Shown here one piece after another: positions 12,228-22,940 of a stretch of 64,000 nucleotides of DNA (positions are counted from its first letter, which is position 1; the number at the start of each line of letters is the position of its first letter). A model generated the notes under the pieces. It was not told the origin of the DNA, did not search any database, and saw only the letters and a list, made by a program, of their open reading frames with translations. Location of the stretch: sequence record PX994957.1. One strand, written 5' to 3'. Position numbers and translations under genes: made by a program. The DNA comes from a phage.

Positions 12228-12246
12228 ATTTCCGCCACGCGTTATT

Positions 12247-13076
<830 letters not shown>

Positions 13077-13087
13077 ATTATCTCCTA

Positions 13088-13420
13088 TTAAAAAGGATCA
13101 GGAACATATCCACTAGCTTTAATCATTTTAACTAATGTTACCATTCCTTTGTTAACTGCTTGTGAGATTTCATCAAAAACTTCATCATTAAAAAGTTCTA
13201 GCACACCCTTCTGAACTTTTAATTTACAGCCAACAATTTCGTCATCGCCTATAGTAAATTCATTACCGCCAATTCCACCGAAAAACTTAATTACCCCAGT
13301 TAACTGTTTTCCACGAGAATATGGGTCATGTGATAAAGTAATATGAGTCACCCCAGGTACAGTTTTAAATTGACAGCGAATATTTACTTGTGAAATTCCA
13401 GTTACATGAATGTCAGACAT
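13088..13420 (-). CDS. hypothetical protein, 110 aa (frd.2 position)
   Basis: ORF track. Confidence 0.55.
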   Translation of the reverse strand: MSDIHVTGISQVNIRCQFKTVPGVTHITLSHDPYSRGKQLTGVIKFFGGIGGNEFTIGDDEIVGCKLKVQKGVLELFNDEVFDEISQAVNKGMVTLVKMIKASGYVPDPF

Positions 13421-13430
13421 AATATTTTCC

Positions 13431-13673
13431 TCAAACAGACTTTTTCACAGTTTTCCAATCAGCTTTAAACTGATCAACATCAGAATGGTAAATCCAGAAT
13501 CCTGCGCTTTCTCCATCTTCATAAAGAGGACATCCATCGCATTCATCTTCCCATCCCATATCACGCAAAAGACGTTCAGCTTTTTCAACAAGTTCAGAAT
13601 CTTTACCGATGATATTAAAATACCATTTACCTCTAACTTCTGAATCTTTGATGCTCTGACGTTGTAATCTCAT
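13431..13673 (-). CDS. hypothetical protein, 80 aa (frd.3 position)
   Basis: ORF track. Confidence 0.55.
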   Translation of the reverse strand: MRLQRQSIKDSEVRGKWYFNIIGKDSELVEKAERLLRDMGWEDECDGCPLYEDGESAGFWIYHSDVDQFKADWKTVKKSV

Positions 13674-13782
13674 TTTATTCTCCTTAGCAAGCTTTAATCA
13701 AAAGATATAAACAGACCAACATAACTGCTGCCATAATATAAGGTGCGAACATTTTCTTTTCTCCATTAGTTTTGATAGGGTA

Positions 13783-13812
13783 ATAGTATCACACTACTAC
13801 CCTTCTGTAAAC
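13783..13812 (-). promoter_or_regulatory. sigma70-type early promoter
   Basis: minus strand GTTTAC-N18-GATACTAT. Confidence 0.5.
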
Positions 13813-14192
13813 TACTTTTTGAAAGTTTTTCGCAAAAGTTCAATGATTTCGTCTACATTGTTTTCATCTACAATGCAGTGAATTTTTGTTACGCCAGAAA
13901 CCGGGTCTTTGACTTCATCTTTTTCAGAAGTCGGTTCTTTATACTCACGAAAACAATGAAATTCGTCTTCGCAAATTTCTAAAAGTCTATCTTTGAGGTA
14001 AAAATGTTTTCCATTTGCGCATTCAATGTGTTTTACTGCTTTATATCCATTAGCGACGGAAACTTCTTTAACTTCAAACCATCCGCCATTCTCTCGAATG
14101 GCTTTAACTATTGATGAATTAGAACGTGGGCTATAATTAATAAATGTATCAATAAGTCTTGGAACAAGTTCATACTTTTTACCGGTATACAT
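13812..14192 (-). CDS. hypothetical protein, 126 aa
   Basis: ORF track. Confidence 0.55.
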   Translation of the reverse strand: MYTGKKYELVPRLIDTFINYSPRSNSSIVKAIRENGGWFEVKEVSVANGYKAVKHIECANGKHFYLKDRLLEICEDEFHCFREYKEPTSEKDEVKDPVSGVTKIHCIVDENNVDEIIELLRKTFKK

Positions 14193-14236
14193 TACGGTTT
14201 CCTCATTTTAACGGGGATGTAATAGCCCCTTGATAA

Positions 14237-14464
14237 TTATTGTTCAATCAATCCCATGTAAAATTCTGCGTCTTCAGAATCCATGCCATCGCAATATTCA
14301 TTAGCCATAAAGCGGGTGAGGTCTTCAAGAGGACCTTCAATAACGATTTGAATACTCCAAAACTTAGAATCTTGCACGCTTGTGATACTAAGTTCAGGAT
14401 AACGATTACGAATAATTTCTTCAATATATTCAAAATCAACGATGTCAATATCAACTTTAGCCAT
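14237..14464 (-). CDS. hypothetical acidic protein, 75 aa (start MAKVDID with AAAGAGGA RBS)
   Basis: ORF track frame; internal ATG at 14464 with strong RBS just downstream of early promoter. Confidence 0.55.
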   Translation of the reverse strand: MAKVDIDIVDFEYIEEIIRNRYPELSITSVQDSKFWSIQIVIEGPLEDLTRFMANEYCDGMDSEDAEFYMGLIEQ

Positions 14465-14506
14465 ATTATTTTCCTCTTTAACTATCAGCAGTATTGCCGA
14501 TAGTTG

Positions 14507-14537
14507 TATAGTACCATGGAAGGACAAGGATGTAAAC
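14507..14537 (-). promoter_or_regulatory. sigma70-type early promoter with conserved leader box
   Basis: minus strand GTTTAC-N18-TACTAT; shares leader box with other promoters in the window. Confidence 0.55.
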
Positions 14538-14562
14538 CGTTTTGTGAAAAAATTTTTGAAAT

Positions 14563-14588
14563 AAAAAAAGGGGACCCTAGAGGTCCCC
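14563..14588 (-). terminator. rho-independent terminator downstream of gene 32
   Basis: GGGGACC-CUAGA-GGUCCCC hairpin followed by U7 on minus strand. Confidence 0.8.
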
Positions 14589-14610
14589 AATTAATTAGTA
14601 ATATAATCTA

Positions 14611-15519
14611 TTAAAGGTCATTCAAAAGGTCATCCAGGTCCGTGTCATCAGCACTAGATGAACTGCCAGAGCTTGAGCTCATAAAATCATCTTCAGTTTT
14701 TGTTTTGAAGTCATCAACATTGAATGCATCCAAATCATCAGCAACTTTATCAGCTTTCTTAGCAGCAGTTGCAGCGGCACCGCCCATCACAGCAGTTCCC
14801 ATAACTTGACCGAATTTAGTATTCAGTTCTTCAAACGATTTGAATTTATCTTTAGAAGTCATTTCAGAAAGGTCAACCATCTGTTCGAACAGTTCTTTCT
14901 GGAAAGATTCATCGTCAATGTTTGGAATCGCAGATTGATTCAGGAATTTAGATTCATCGTAGTTACTAAATCCAGAAACCTGTTTAACTTTCAGTACAAA
15001 GTTAGCACCTTCCCACGGACAAGTTACATCAACCGGAGTTTCACCCATTTCAACATCAACCGCAATCATCGCGTTGATTTTATCCCAGATTTTCTTACCG
15101 AAACGGTATTTAAATACTTTACCTTCATTTTCTGGAGCAGCTGGGTCTTTTACAACAAGAATGTTAGCCCAGTAAGAAGTTTTACGTTTAACAAGACTGT
15201 ACTCTTTATTGTCAGTGTTGTACAAATCATTTTTACTGATGTACTGACATACTGGACAAGAATCGTAATCACCGTGGGTAGATGAACAGTTTTCAATATA
15301 CCATTTACCATTTTTCTTGAAACCGTGATTTACAAGAATTGCGAATGGTGCTTGTTCATCATTTTTAGACGGAAGAAAACGAATTACTGCTTGACCGTTA
15401 CCCGCATTGTCGAGTTTCAGTTTCCACTCGCCTTTATCTTCAGAAGAAAAACCACCTTTATTTCCAGCCAGTTTAGCCATTTGTGCAGCGAGTTCAGCAG
15501 TAGATTTACGTTTAAACAT
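14611..15519 (-). CDS. 32: single-stranded DNA-binding protein gp32
   Basis: 302 aa; matches recalled T4 gp32 including acidic C-terminal tail. Confidence 0.95.
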   Translation of the reverse strand: MFKRKSTAELAAQMAKLAGNKGGFSSEDKGEWKLKLDNAGNGQAVIRFLPSKNDEQAPFAILVNHGFKKNGKWYIENCSSTHGDYDSCPVCQYISKNDLYNTDNKEYSLVKRKTSYWANILVVKDPAAPENEGKVFKYRFGKKIWDKINAMIAVDVEMGETPVDVTCPWEGANFVLKVKQVSGFSNYDESKFLNQSAIPNIDDESFQKELFEQMVDLSEMTSKDKFKSFEELNTKFGQVMGTAVMGGAAATAAKKADKVADDLDAFNVDDFKTKTEDDFMSSSSGSSSSADDTDLDDLLNDL

Positions 15520-15602
15520 TTTTATTTCCTTTTTAATTTAATTAACAGTTGGTGCTATGACGATGTATGACCTCATAGCTGGTCAGTGAGATAATTATAA
15601 TT
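15520..15602 (-). promoter_or_regulatory. gene 32 translational operator (5' pseudoknot plus unstructured A/U-rich leader)
   Basis: minus strand reads ACCAGCUAUGAGGUCAUACAUCGUCAUAGCAC then A/U-rich tract to the ATG; matches recalled T4 gene 32 autoregulatory leader. Confidence 0.6.
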
Positions 15603-15610
15603 TATTTATA
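15603..15610 (-). promoter_or_regulatory. late promoter TATAAATA upstream of gene 32
   Basis: exact TATAAATA on minus strand. Confidence 0.55.
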
Positions 15611-15618
15611 ATAAGCAA

Positions 15619-16272
15619 TTAATACTTACAAGATTTCACAGTTTCAATAAAAACTTTTTTAGCTTCCTGTGAATCGATATTTAAAATTTTTCTATAAGCT
15701 TTTAACTTTATAGAATAATTGTTCCAAACTAAATTATCAGTTTGTTCATCATGTTTATCAATTATATTTAAAAACGAATCAAGCAAGATAAACGTCTCAA
15801 ACGAAATTATGTTCGATTGCAGAAGTTTAAAAATATAACTTGATTGAACTTTTGGATTATATTCAAAAATTTCTTTAAAAGCAGAAACTTCAACTTTTTT
15901 ACTAAAATAATAAATGTTGCGAATATCTTCTTCAAACTTAAATTTAATTTGCTTTAAGCGTCCGATATATTCACGATAAAACACAAGTGCATCAGCGTCA
16001 GAGATGTCACCAATCCAAGCATCTTGGTTAGCAACCAAATTACTTATAAAGATTAAAGCAAGTTCCTTTAATTTATATTTTTCTGATAACTTCTGGAAAA
16101 AATACTTATCCCTTCGCTTTTGATAAGCGGCATCAGACACCCGCATGCACCAATTATACTTAATAACATCATACTTTCCATTCATATGCTGTTTTATCAT
16201 TAAGTATAATTTATAAACTGATTTACCATCAATGTATCTTTCACCACCAGCAGGCATGCGGAGTTTAATCAT
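15619..16272 (-). CDS. 59: helicase loader gp59
   Basis: 217 aa; matches recalled T4 gp59. Confidence 0.93.
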   Translation of the reverse strand: MIKLRMPAGGERYIDGKSVYKLYLMIKQHMNGKYDVIKYNWCMRVSDAAYQKRRDKYFFQKLSEKYKLKELALIFISNLVANQDAWIGDISDADALVFYREYIGRLKQIKFKFEEDIRNIYYFSKKVEVSAFKEIFEYNPKVQSSYIFKLLQSNIISFETFILLDSFLNIIDKHDEQTDNLVWNNYSIKLKAYRKILNIDSQEAKKVFIETVKSCKY

Positions 16273-16607
16273 AGCAGAAAATCTAATGTATTAGTTTTTT
16301 CACAACGAACAACAGAAGGACGTAAAAGATTTTCGTCAATGGCTTCTGACTGAATTTTTTCAATTATACCCGAAGGAATAAATTTAGCAAATTGAGTTTC
16401 AGGAATAGAGTTTTCTTCCAAGAATGCTGTCGTAGCTTCAAGATAACTCATTCCAAACTCTTCTACCATTTTTTCAATGATAAATCCATTTTCTTGACGA
16501 TCAAGAAGCTTTACAATTTCATCCTTTTCTTTCTTAATTGAAAGTTCTTTTTCTGAAAGCCCGGCCTCATCGACCGGGCGAATATCATTTAGAGAAAACT
16601 GTGTCAT
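16269..16607 (-). CDS. 33: late transcription co-activator gp33
   Basis: 112 aa from MTQFSLND; matches recalled T4 gp33. Confidence 0.88.
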   Translation of the reverse strand: MTQFSLNDIRPVDEAGLSEKELSIKKEKDEIVKLLDRQENGFIIEKMVEEFGMSYLEATTAFLEENSIPETQFAKFIPSGIIEKIQSEAIDENLLRPSVVRCEKTNTLDFLL

Positions 16608-16854
16608 AAAGTTCAACTACCTCTTCAGTTTCAGCTTCAAACACATCACGATTATCTTTATGATACAAAGCTAATAGACGATTAAACATCTTACCATCAA
16701 CACCAAGTTCATCTTTGGCACGAATTCGAATATCTTTAATCAATTCATTATAACCGGAAATTTTCAGTTTATGATCAGATGCTTCTTTAATAAATTTAGC
16801 CAAGTCTTCGCCATGGATAGCTTCATCAAATTCAACCATTTCTTTTTTAGCCAT
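16585..16854 (-). CDS. dsbA: dsDNA-binding protein DsbA (late transcription enhancer)
   Basis: 89 aa; T4 synteny between rnh and 33. Confidence 0.85.
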   Translation of the reverse strand: MAKKEMVEFDEAIHGEDLAKFIKEASDHKLKISGYNELIKDIRIRAKDELGVDGKMFNRLLALYHKDNRDVFEAETEEVVELYDTVFSK

Positions 16855-16862
16855 TATTCACC

Positions 16863-17780
16863 TCAAAATTCATTAATGCTATTAGTTAATTTAGAAAGAC
16901 CCGCTTTTACAAAATATGAATAAATTTTGCCACGCGGTGGTAATTTATATGAATTATAGTAATTCACAATGTTTGAAGCAATATTATCAGGAATATAATC
17001 AAAATCAATTAGAACTAAATTTTCTTTATAACGATTATATTCAGATTCTGTGAGAAGCACCTTAGCTTGCTCACGGTCATTAGCAATAGCTTCAACGATT
17101 GAAGTTTTCATTGAAGGAGTTCGTTCACCTTCAACTTTGGTAAACCAAAAGTCAGATCGTACTTTAACTGAAGCAACGTTATCCTTTTTATCGCCTTTAA
17201 GGATTTTAGTCATACAGTCAATTTCAGCAGAACCGCTTTTAATTTTAACCCATTTCTTGTGCATCGGTGACCATTGCTTAACATTTGGATATTTGTGAAG
17301 TTGAGTAAAGTCACCATCAGATGAAATGATTAAAATCTTGTGTCCTTCTAAAGAGAACTTTTTAACAAGAACAGCAATGTGGTCATCTGCTTCATACTTA
17401 TCGATATCCATAACAATGTATGGCATATAAGCTTTCAATTCATCTATAACTTTATGACTGGATTCAAAATAACCTTCCCAGTCCCAAGTAGATTCTTCTC
17501 GTGCTTTTCCACGGTTTTTCTTATAATAATACGCGAAATCACGACGCCAATATCCAGATTTCGCATTATCAATACACAGTACAATTTTAGTGTATCCAAG
17601 AGTTTTTGCTTTTTTGACATTAAACTTAATTGAGTTCAATATCAAATGACGAACCATTGATAAATTAATTTTTTCTTTATCTGGAAAGTTTACCAAAGCA
17701 GTTGAAAGCGCAATTTGACTAAAGTCAATAAAGCAAATTCCTTCTTTGTAATCTTCATCCAGCATCATTTCTAAATCCAT
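16863..17780 (-). CDS. rnh: RNase H (5'-3' exonuclease, FEN-1 family)
   Basis: 305 aa from MDLEMM; matches recalled T4 RNase H. Confidence 0.93.
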   Translation of the reverse strand: MDLEMMLDEDYKEGICFIDFSQIALSTALVNFPDKEKINLSMVRHLILNSIKFNVKKAKTLGYTKIVLCIDNAKSGYWRRDFAYYYKKNRGKAREESTWDWEGYFESSHKVIDELKAYMPYIVMDIDKYEADDHIAVLVKKFSLEGHKILIISSDGDFTQLHKYPNVKQWSPMHKKWVKIKSGSAEIDCMTKILKGDKKDNVASVKVRSDFWFTKVEGERTPSMKTSIVEAIANDREQAKVLLTESEYNRYKENLVLIDFDYIPDNIASNIVNYYNSYKLPPRGKIYSYFVKAGLSKLTNSINEF

Positions 17781-17809
17781 ATGAACCTCGTTCAATTAGT
17801 GAGATTTCT

Positions 17810-17839
17810 ATTATATACCATCCAAATCTTAAAGTAAAC
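17810..17839 (-). promoter_or_regulatory. sigma70-type early promoter for rnh
   Basis: minus strand GTTTAC-N17-TATATAAT. Confidence 0.6.
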
Positions 17840-17842
17840 AAG

Positions 17843-17850
17843 TATAAATA
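17843..17850 (+). promoter_or_regulatory. late promoter TATAAATA for gene 34
   Basis: exact TATAAATA 35 nt upstream of the gene 34 ATG; AGGAG RBS. Confidence 0.75.
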
Positions 17851-17884
17851 CTTATTATTGAAAACACAATAGGAGCCCGGGAGA

Positions 17885-20800
17885 ATGGCCGAGATTAAAA
17901 GAAAGTTCAGAGCAGAAGACGGTCTGGACGCAGGTGGTGATAAAATAATCAACGTAGCTTTAGCTGATCGTACCGTAGGAACTGACGGTGTAAACGTTGA
18001 TTACTTAATTCAAGAAAACACAGTTCAACAATATGATCCAACTCGTGGATATTTAAAAGATTTTGTAATCATTTATGATAACCGCTTTTGGGCTGCTATA
18101 AATGATATTCCAAAACCAGCAGGAGCTTTTAATAGCGTACGATGGAGAGCGTTACGCACTGATGCAAACTGGACAACTGTTTCGTCAGGACCTTATCAAT
18201 TAAAATCAGGCGAATCGATTTCAGTTAACACCGCAGCGGGTAATGACATTACATTTACTTTGCCATCTTCTCCAATTGATGGTGATACTATCGTTCTCCA
18301 AGATATTGGAGGAAAACCTGGAGTTAACCAGGTTTTAATTACAGCTCCGGTACAAAGCATTGTAAACTTTAGAGGTCAACAAGTACGCTCAGTACTAATG
18401 ACTCATCCAAAATCACAGATAGTTTTAATTTTTAGTAATCGTCTGTGGCAAATGTATGTTGCTGATTATAGCAGAGAAGCGGCAGTTGTAACACCAGCAA
18501 GTCTTTATCAAGCGCAATCAAACGATTTTATCGTACGTAGATTTACTTCTGCTTCAGCAATTAATATTAAACTTCCTAGATTTGCTAATCATGGGGATAT
18601 TATTAATTTTGTTGATTTAGATAAATTAAATCCACTTTATCACACAATTGTTACCACGTATGATGAAACAACTTCAGTACAAGAAGTTGGAACTCATTCT
18701 ATTGAAGGCCGTACATCTATTGATGGTTTCTTAATGTTTGATGATAATGAGAAATTGTGGAGATTGTTTGACGGGGATAGTAAAGCACGTTTACGCATTA
18801 TAACGACTAATTCTAATATTCGCCCAAATGAAGAAGTCATGGTATTTGGCGCGAATAATGGAACACCCCAAACAATTGAACTTCAGCTTCCAACTGATAT
18901 TTCTATCGGTGATACTGTTAAGATTTCCATGAATTATATGAGAAAAGGACAAACAGTTAAAATCAAAGCTGCCGGTGAAGATAAAATTGCTTCTTCAGTT
19001 CAATTGCTGCAATTTCCAAAACGTTCAGAATACCCACCTGAAACTAAATGGGTGACTGTTCAAGAATTAGTTTTTAATGGCGAAACCAATTATGTTCCAG
19101 TTTTACAGCTTGCTTATATTGAAGATTCCGATGGAAAATATTGGGTTGTACAGCAAAACGTTCCAACTGTAGAAAGAGTAGACTCTTTAAATAATTCTAC
19201 TAGAGCAAGATTAGGCGTAATTGCTTTAGCTACACAGGCTCAAGCTAATGCTGATCTAGAAAATTCTCCACAAAAAGAACTGGCAATTACTCCAGAAACG
19301 TTAGCTAATCGTACTGCTACAGAAACTCGTAGAGGTATTGCAAGAATAGCAACAACTGCGCAAGTAAACCAGGATACCACATTCTCTTTTGCAGATGATA
19401 TTATCATCACTCCTAAAAAGCTGAATGAAAGAACAGCTACTGAAACTCGTAGGGGTGTCGCTGAAATTGCTACGCAGCAAGAAACAAACACAGGAACAGA
19501 TGATACAACCATCATTACTCCTAAAAAGCTTCAAGCTCGTCAAGGTTCTGAATCATTATCTGGTATTGTAACTTTTGTATCTACTGCAGGTGCTACTCCG
19601 GCTTCTAGCCGTGAATTAAATGGTACAAATGTTTATAATAAAAACACTAATAACTTAGTTGTTTCACCTAAAGCATTGGATCAGTATAAAGCTACTCCAA
19701 CGCAACAAGGTGCAGTAATTTTAGCAGTTGAAAGTGAAGTAATTGCTGGTCAAAGTCAAGAAGGATGGGCAAATGCTGTTGTAACGCCAGAAACGTTACA
19801 TAAAAAGACATCAACTGATGGAAGAATTGGTTTAATTGAAATTGCTACGCAAAGTGAAGTTAATACAGGAACTGATTATACTCGTGCAGTCACTCCTAAA
19901 ACTTTAAATGACCGTAGAGCAACTGAAAGTTTAAGTGGTATAGCTGAAATTGCTACACAAGTTGAATTCGACGCAGGCGTCGACGATACTCGTATCTCTA
20001 CACCATTAAAAATTAAAACTAGATTTAATAGTACTGATCGTACTTCTGTTGTTGCTCTATCTGGATTAGTTGAATCAGGAACTCTCTGGGACCATTATAC
20101 CCTTAATATTCTTGAAGCAAATGAGACACAACGTGGTACACTTCGTGTGGCTACACAAGTTGAAGCTGCTGCTGGAAAATTAGATAATGTTTTAATAACT
20201 CCTAAAAAGCTTTTAGGTACTAAATCTACCGAATCGCAAGAAGGTGTTATTAAAGTTGCAACTCAGTCTGAAACTGTGGCTGGAACGTCAGCAAACACTG
20301 CTGTATCTCCAAAAAATTTAAAATGGATTGTACAGAGTGAACCTACCTGGGCAGCTACTACTGCGATAAGAGGTTTTGTTAAAACTTCATCTGGTTCAAT
20401 TACATTTGTCGGTAATGATACAGTCGGTTCTACCCAAGATTTAGAACTGTATGAGAAAAATAGCTATGCAGTATCACCATATGAATTAAACCGTGTATTA
20501 GCAAATTATTTACCGTTAAAAGCAAAAGCTGCTGATAGTAATTTATTGGATGGTCTAGATTCATCTCAGTTCATTCGTAGGGATATTGCACAGACGGTTA
20601 ATGGTTCACTAACCTTAACCCAACAAACGAATCTGAGTGCCCCTCTTGTATCATCTAGTACTGCTACGTTCGGTGGATCAGTTTCAGCAAATAGTACATT
20701 AACTATTTCTAATACTGGAACAGCAACTCGATTGATTTTTGAGAAAGGACCTCAAACTGGAACAAACCCAGCCCAAACGATGACTGTTAGAGTGTGGGGA

Positions 20801-21754
20801 AATCAATTTAGTGGGGAATTAGATACAACACGTTCTACCGTATTTGAAGTTAGTGATGAAACATCTAGTCATTTTTATTCTCAGCGCAATAAAGCCGGAA
20901 ATATAACATTTAATATCAACGGTACAGTAACACCGATAAATGTTAATGCTTCAGGAACATTGAATGCAAATGGCGTAGCAACATTTGGTAATTCAGTCAC
21001 TGCAACTGGTGAAATTATTTCTCGAAGCGCAAATGCTTTCCGTGCTATTAACGGAAATTACGGTTTCATTGTTCGCAATGATGGATCAGTAACGAATTTT
21101 ATGCTTACTGCATCGGGTGATCAGACTGGTGGATTTAATGGATTACGCCCATTAGCTATTAATAATGCATCTGGCCAAGTAACGATTGGTGAAAGCTTAA
21201 TCATTGCCAAAGGTGCTACTATAAATTCAGGTGGTTTGACTGTTAACTCGAGAATTCGTTCTCAAGGTACTAAAACATCTGACTTATATACACGTGCGCC
21301 AACATCTGATACTGTAGGATTCTGGTCAATTGATATTAACGATTCAGCTACTTATAACCAGTTCCCAGGTTATTTTAAAATGGTTGAAAAAACTAATGAA
21401 GTGACTGGTCTTCCATATTTAGAACGTGGCGAAGAAGTTAAATCTCCTGGTACACTGACTCAGTTTGGTAACACACTTGATTCGCTTTACCAAGATTGGA
21501 TTACTTATCCAACAACGCCAGAAGCGCGTACCACTCGCTGGACACGCACATGGCAGAAAACCAAAAATTCTTGGTCAAGTTTTGTTCAGGTATTTGATGG
21601 AGGTAATCCTCCTCAACCATCTGATATTGGTGCTTTACCATCTGATAATGCTACAATGGGTAATCTTACTATTCGTGATTTCTTACGAATTGGTAATGTT
21701 CGCATTATTCCTGACCCAGTGAATAAAACTGTTAAATTTGAATGGGTTGAATAA
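17885..21754 (+). CDS. 34: long tail fibre proximal subunit gp34
   Basis: 1289 aa; internal fibre repeats; T4 synteny. Confidence 0.93.
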   Translation: MAEIKRKFRAEDGLDAGGDKIINVALADRTVGTDGVNVDYLIQENTVQQYDPTRGYLKDFVIIYDNRFWAAINDIPKPAGAFNSVRWRALRTDANWTTVSSGPYQLKSGESISVNTAAGNDITFTLPSSPIDGDTIVLQDIGGKPGVNQVLITAPVQSIVNFRGQQVRSVLMTHPKSQIVLIFSNRLWQMYVADYSREAAVVTPASLYQAQSNDFIVRRFTSASAINIKLPRFANHGDIINFVDLDKLNPLYHTIVTTYDETTSVQEVGTHSIEGRTSIDGFLMFDDNEKLWRLFDGDSKARLRIITTNSNIRPNEEVMVFGANNGTPQTIELQLPTDISIGDTVKISMNYMRKGQTVKIKAAGEDKIASSVQLLQFPKRSEYPPETKWVTVQELVFNGETNYVPVLQLAYIEDSDGKYWVVQQNVPTVERVDSLNNSTRARLGVIALATQAQANADLENSPQKELAITPETLANRTATETRRGIARIATTAQVNQDTTFSFADDIIITPKKLNERTATETRRGVAEIATQQETNTGTDDTTIITPKKLQARQGSESLSGIVTFVSTAGATPASSRELNGTNVYNKNTNNLVVSPKALDQYKATPTQQGAVILAVESEVIAGQSQEGWANAVVTPETLHKKTSTDGRIGLIEIATQSEVNTGTDYTRAVTPKTLNDRRATESLSGIAEIATQVEFDAGVDDTRISTPLKIKTRFNSTDRTSVVALSGLVESGTLWDHYTLNILEANETQRGTLRVATQVEAAAGKLDNVLITPKKLLGTKSTESQEGVIKVATQSETVAGTSANTAVSPKNLKWIVQSEPTWAATTAIRGFVKTSSGSITFVGNDTVGSTQDLELYEKNSYAVSPYELNRVLANYLPLKAKAADSNLLDGLDSSQFIRRDIAQTVNGSLTLTQQTNLSAPLVSSSTATFGGSVSANSTLTISNTGTATRLIFEKGPQTGTNPAQTMTVRVWGNQFSGELDTTRSTVFEVSDETSSHFYSQRNKAGNITFNINGTVTPINVNASGTLNANGVATFGNSVTATGEIISRSANAFRAINGNYGFIVRNDGSVTNFMLTASGDQTGGFNGLRPLAINNASGQVTIGESLIIAKGATINSGGLTVNSRIRSQGTKTSDLYTRAPTSDTVGFWSIDINDSATYNQFPGYFKMVEKTNEVTGLPYLERGEEVKSPGTLTQFGNTLDSLYQDWITYPTTPEARTTRWTRTWQKTKNSWSSFVQVFDGGNPPQPSDIGALPSDNATMGNLTIRDFLRIGNVRIIPDPVNKTVKFEWVE

Positions 21755-21762
21755 GAGGTATT

Positions 21763-22878
21763 ATGGAAAAATTTATGGCAGAGTTTGGACAAGGATATGT
21801 CCAAACGCCATTTTTATCGGAAAGCAATTCAGTAAGATATAAAATAAGTATAGCGGGTTCTTGCCCGCTTTCTACCGCAGGACCATACGTTAAATTTCAA
21901 GATAATCCTGTAGGAAGTCAAACATTTAGTGCAGGTCTTCATTTAAGAGTTTTTGACCCTTCTACAGGAGCATTGGTTGATAGTAAGTCATATGTTTTTT
22001 CTACTTCAAATGATACAACATCTGCTGCTTTTGTTAGTTTCATGAATTCTTTTTCAAGCAATAGACTTGTTGCTATATTAACTAGCGGAAAGGTTAATTT
22101 TCCTCCTGAAGTAGTATCTTGGTTAAGAACGGCAGGAACATCTGCTTTTCCATCTGATTCTTTATTGTCAAGATTTGACGTATCATATGCTGCCTTTTAC
22201 ACTTCTTCTAAAAGAGCTATCGCACTAGAGCATGTTAAACTGAGTAACAGAAAAAGCACAGATGACTATCAAACTATATTAGATGTAGTATTTGATAGTT
22301 TAGAAGATGTTGGAGCGACAGGATTTCCTAAAAGAACATATGAAAGCGTTGAGCAATTTATGTCAGCTGTTGGTGGAACTAATAACGAAATTGCACGTCT
22401 ACCTACAGCATCTGCAATAAGTAAACTTTCTGACTATAATTTAATTCCTGGAGATGTTCTTTATCTTAAAGCACAACTATATGCTGACGCTGATTTATTA
22501 GCGTCGGGAACTACTAATATTTCAATTCGTTTTTATAATGCGTCAAATGGATATATTTCCTCGACACAAGCTGAGTTTACTGGACAGGCTGGGTCTTGGG
22601 AATTAAAGGAAGACTATGTAGTTGTTCCAGAAAATGCAGTTGGATTTACGATATATGCACAGAGAACTGCACAAGCGGGTCAAGGCGGTATGAGAAATTT
22701 AAGCTTTTCTGAAGTGTCAAGAAATGGTGGCATTTCAAAACCTGCTGAGTTTGGCGTCAATGGTATTCGAGTTAATTATATCTGTGAATCTGCTTCACCT
22801 CCTGATATAATGGTACTTCCTACACAAGCATCGTCTAAAACTGGTAAAGTGTTTGGGCAAGAATTTAGAGAAGTTTAA
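21763..22878 (+). CDS. 35: long tail fibre hinge (knee) protein gp35
   Basis: 371 aa; T4 synteny. Confidence 0.88.
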   Translation: MEKFMAEFGQGYVQTPFLSESNSVRYKISIAGSCPLSTAGPYVKFQDNPVGSQTFSAGLHLRVFDPSTGALVDSKSYVFSTSNDTTSAAFVSFMNSFSSNRLVAILTSGKVNFPPEVVSWLRTAGTSAFPSDSLLSRFDVSYAAFYTSSKRAIALEHVKLSNRKSTDDYQTILDVVFDSLEDVGATGFPKRTYESVEQFMSAVGGTNNEIARLPTASAISKLSDYNLIPGDVLYLKAQLYADADLLASGTTNISIRFYNASNGYISSTQAEFTGQAGSWELKEDYVVVPENAVGFTIYAQRTAQAGQGGMRNLSFSEVSRNGGISKPAEFGVNGIRVNYICESASPPDIMVLPTQASSKTGKVFGQEFREV

Positions 22879-22883
22879 ACTGA

Positions 22884-22910
22884 GGGAGCCTTCGGGTTCC
22901 CTTTTTCTTT
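22884..22910 (+). terminator. stem-loop terminator after gene 35 (UUCG tetraloop hairpin plus U-run)
   Basis: GGGAGCC-UUCG-GGUUCCC followed by UUUUUCUUU. Confidence 0.65.
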
Positions 22911-22917
22911 ATAAATA
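22910..22917 (+). promoter_or_regulatory. late promoter TATAAATACTATT for genes 36-37-38-t
   Basis: exact extended late consensus 23 nt upstream of the gene 36 ATG. Confidence 0.8.
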
Positions 22918-22940
22918 CTATTAAAATAAAGGGGCATACA

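Noticed and set aside
13698-13766. 22-aa hydrophobic mini-ORF (MFAPYIMAAVMLVCLYLLIKAC) downstream of an early promoter
   Set aside because: Too short to support from sequence alone; could be a leader peptide or chance frame.
14806-15285. 159-aa plus-strand ORF antisense to gene 32, and similar antisense ORFs (305..583, 5095..5406, 7199..7543, 42116..42520, 44230..44658, 53533..53901)
   Set aside because: They lie wholly inside well-supported minus-strand genes in an AT-rich genome, have low-complexity F/I/N-rich products and no RBS; most likely chance open frames.
19240-19543. Minus-strand ORFs inside gene 34, and similar ones inside gene 37 (24742..25012, 25600..25785, 25994..26251)
   Set aside because: Embedded antisense frames within long, confidently identified tail fibre genes.
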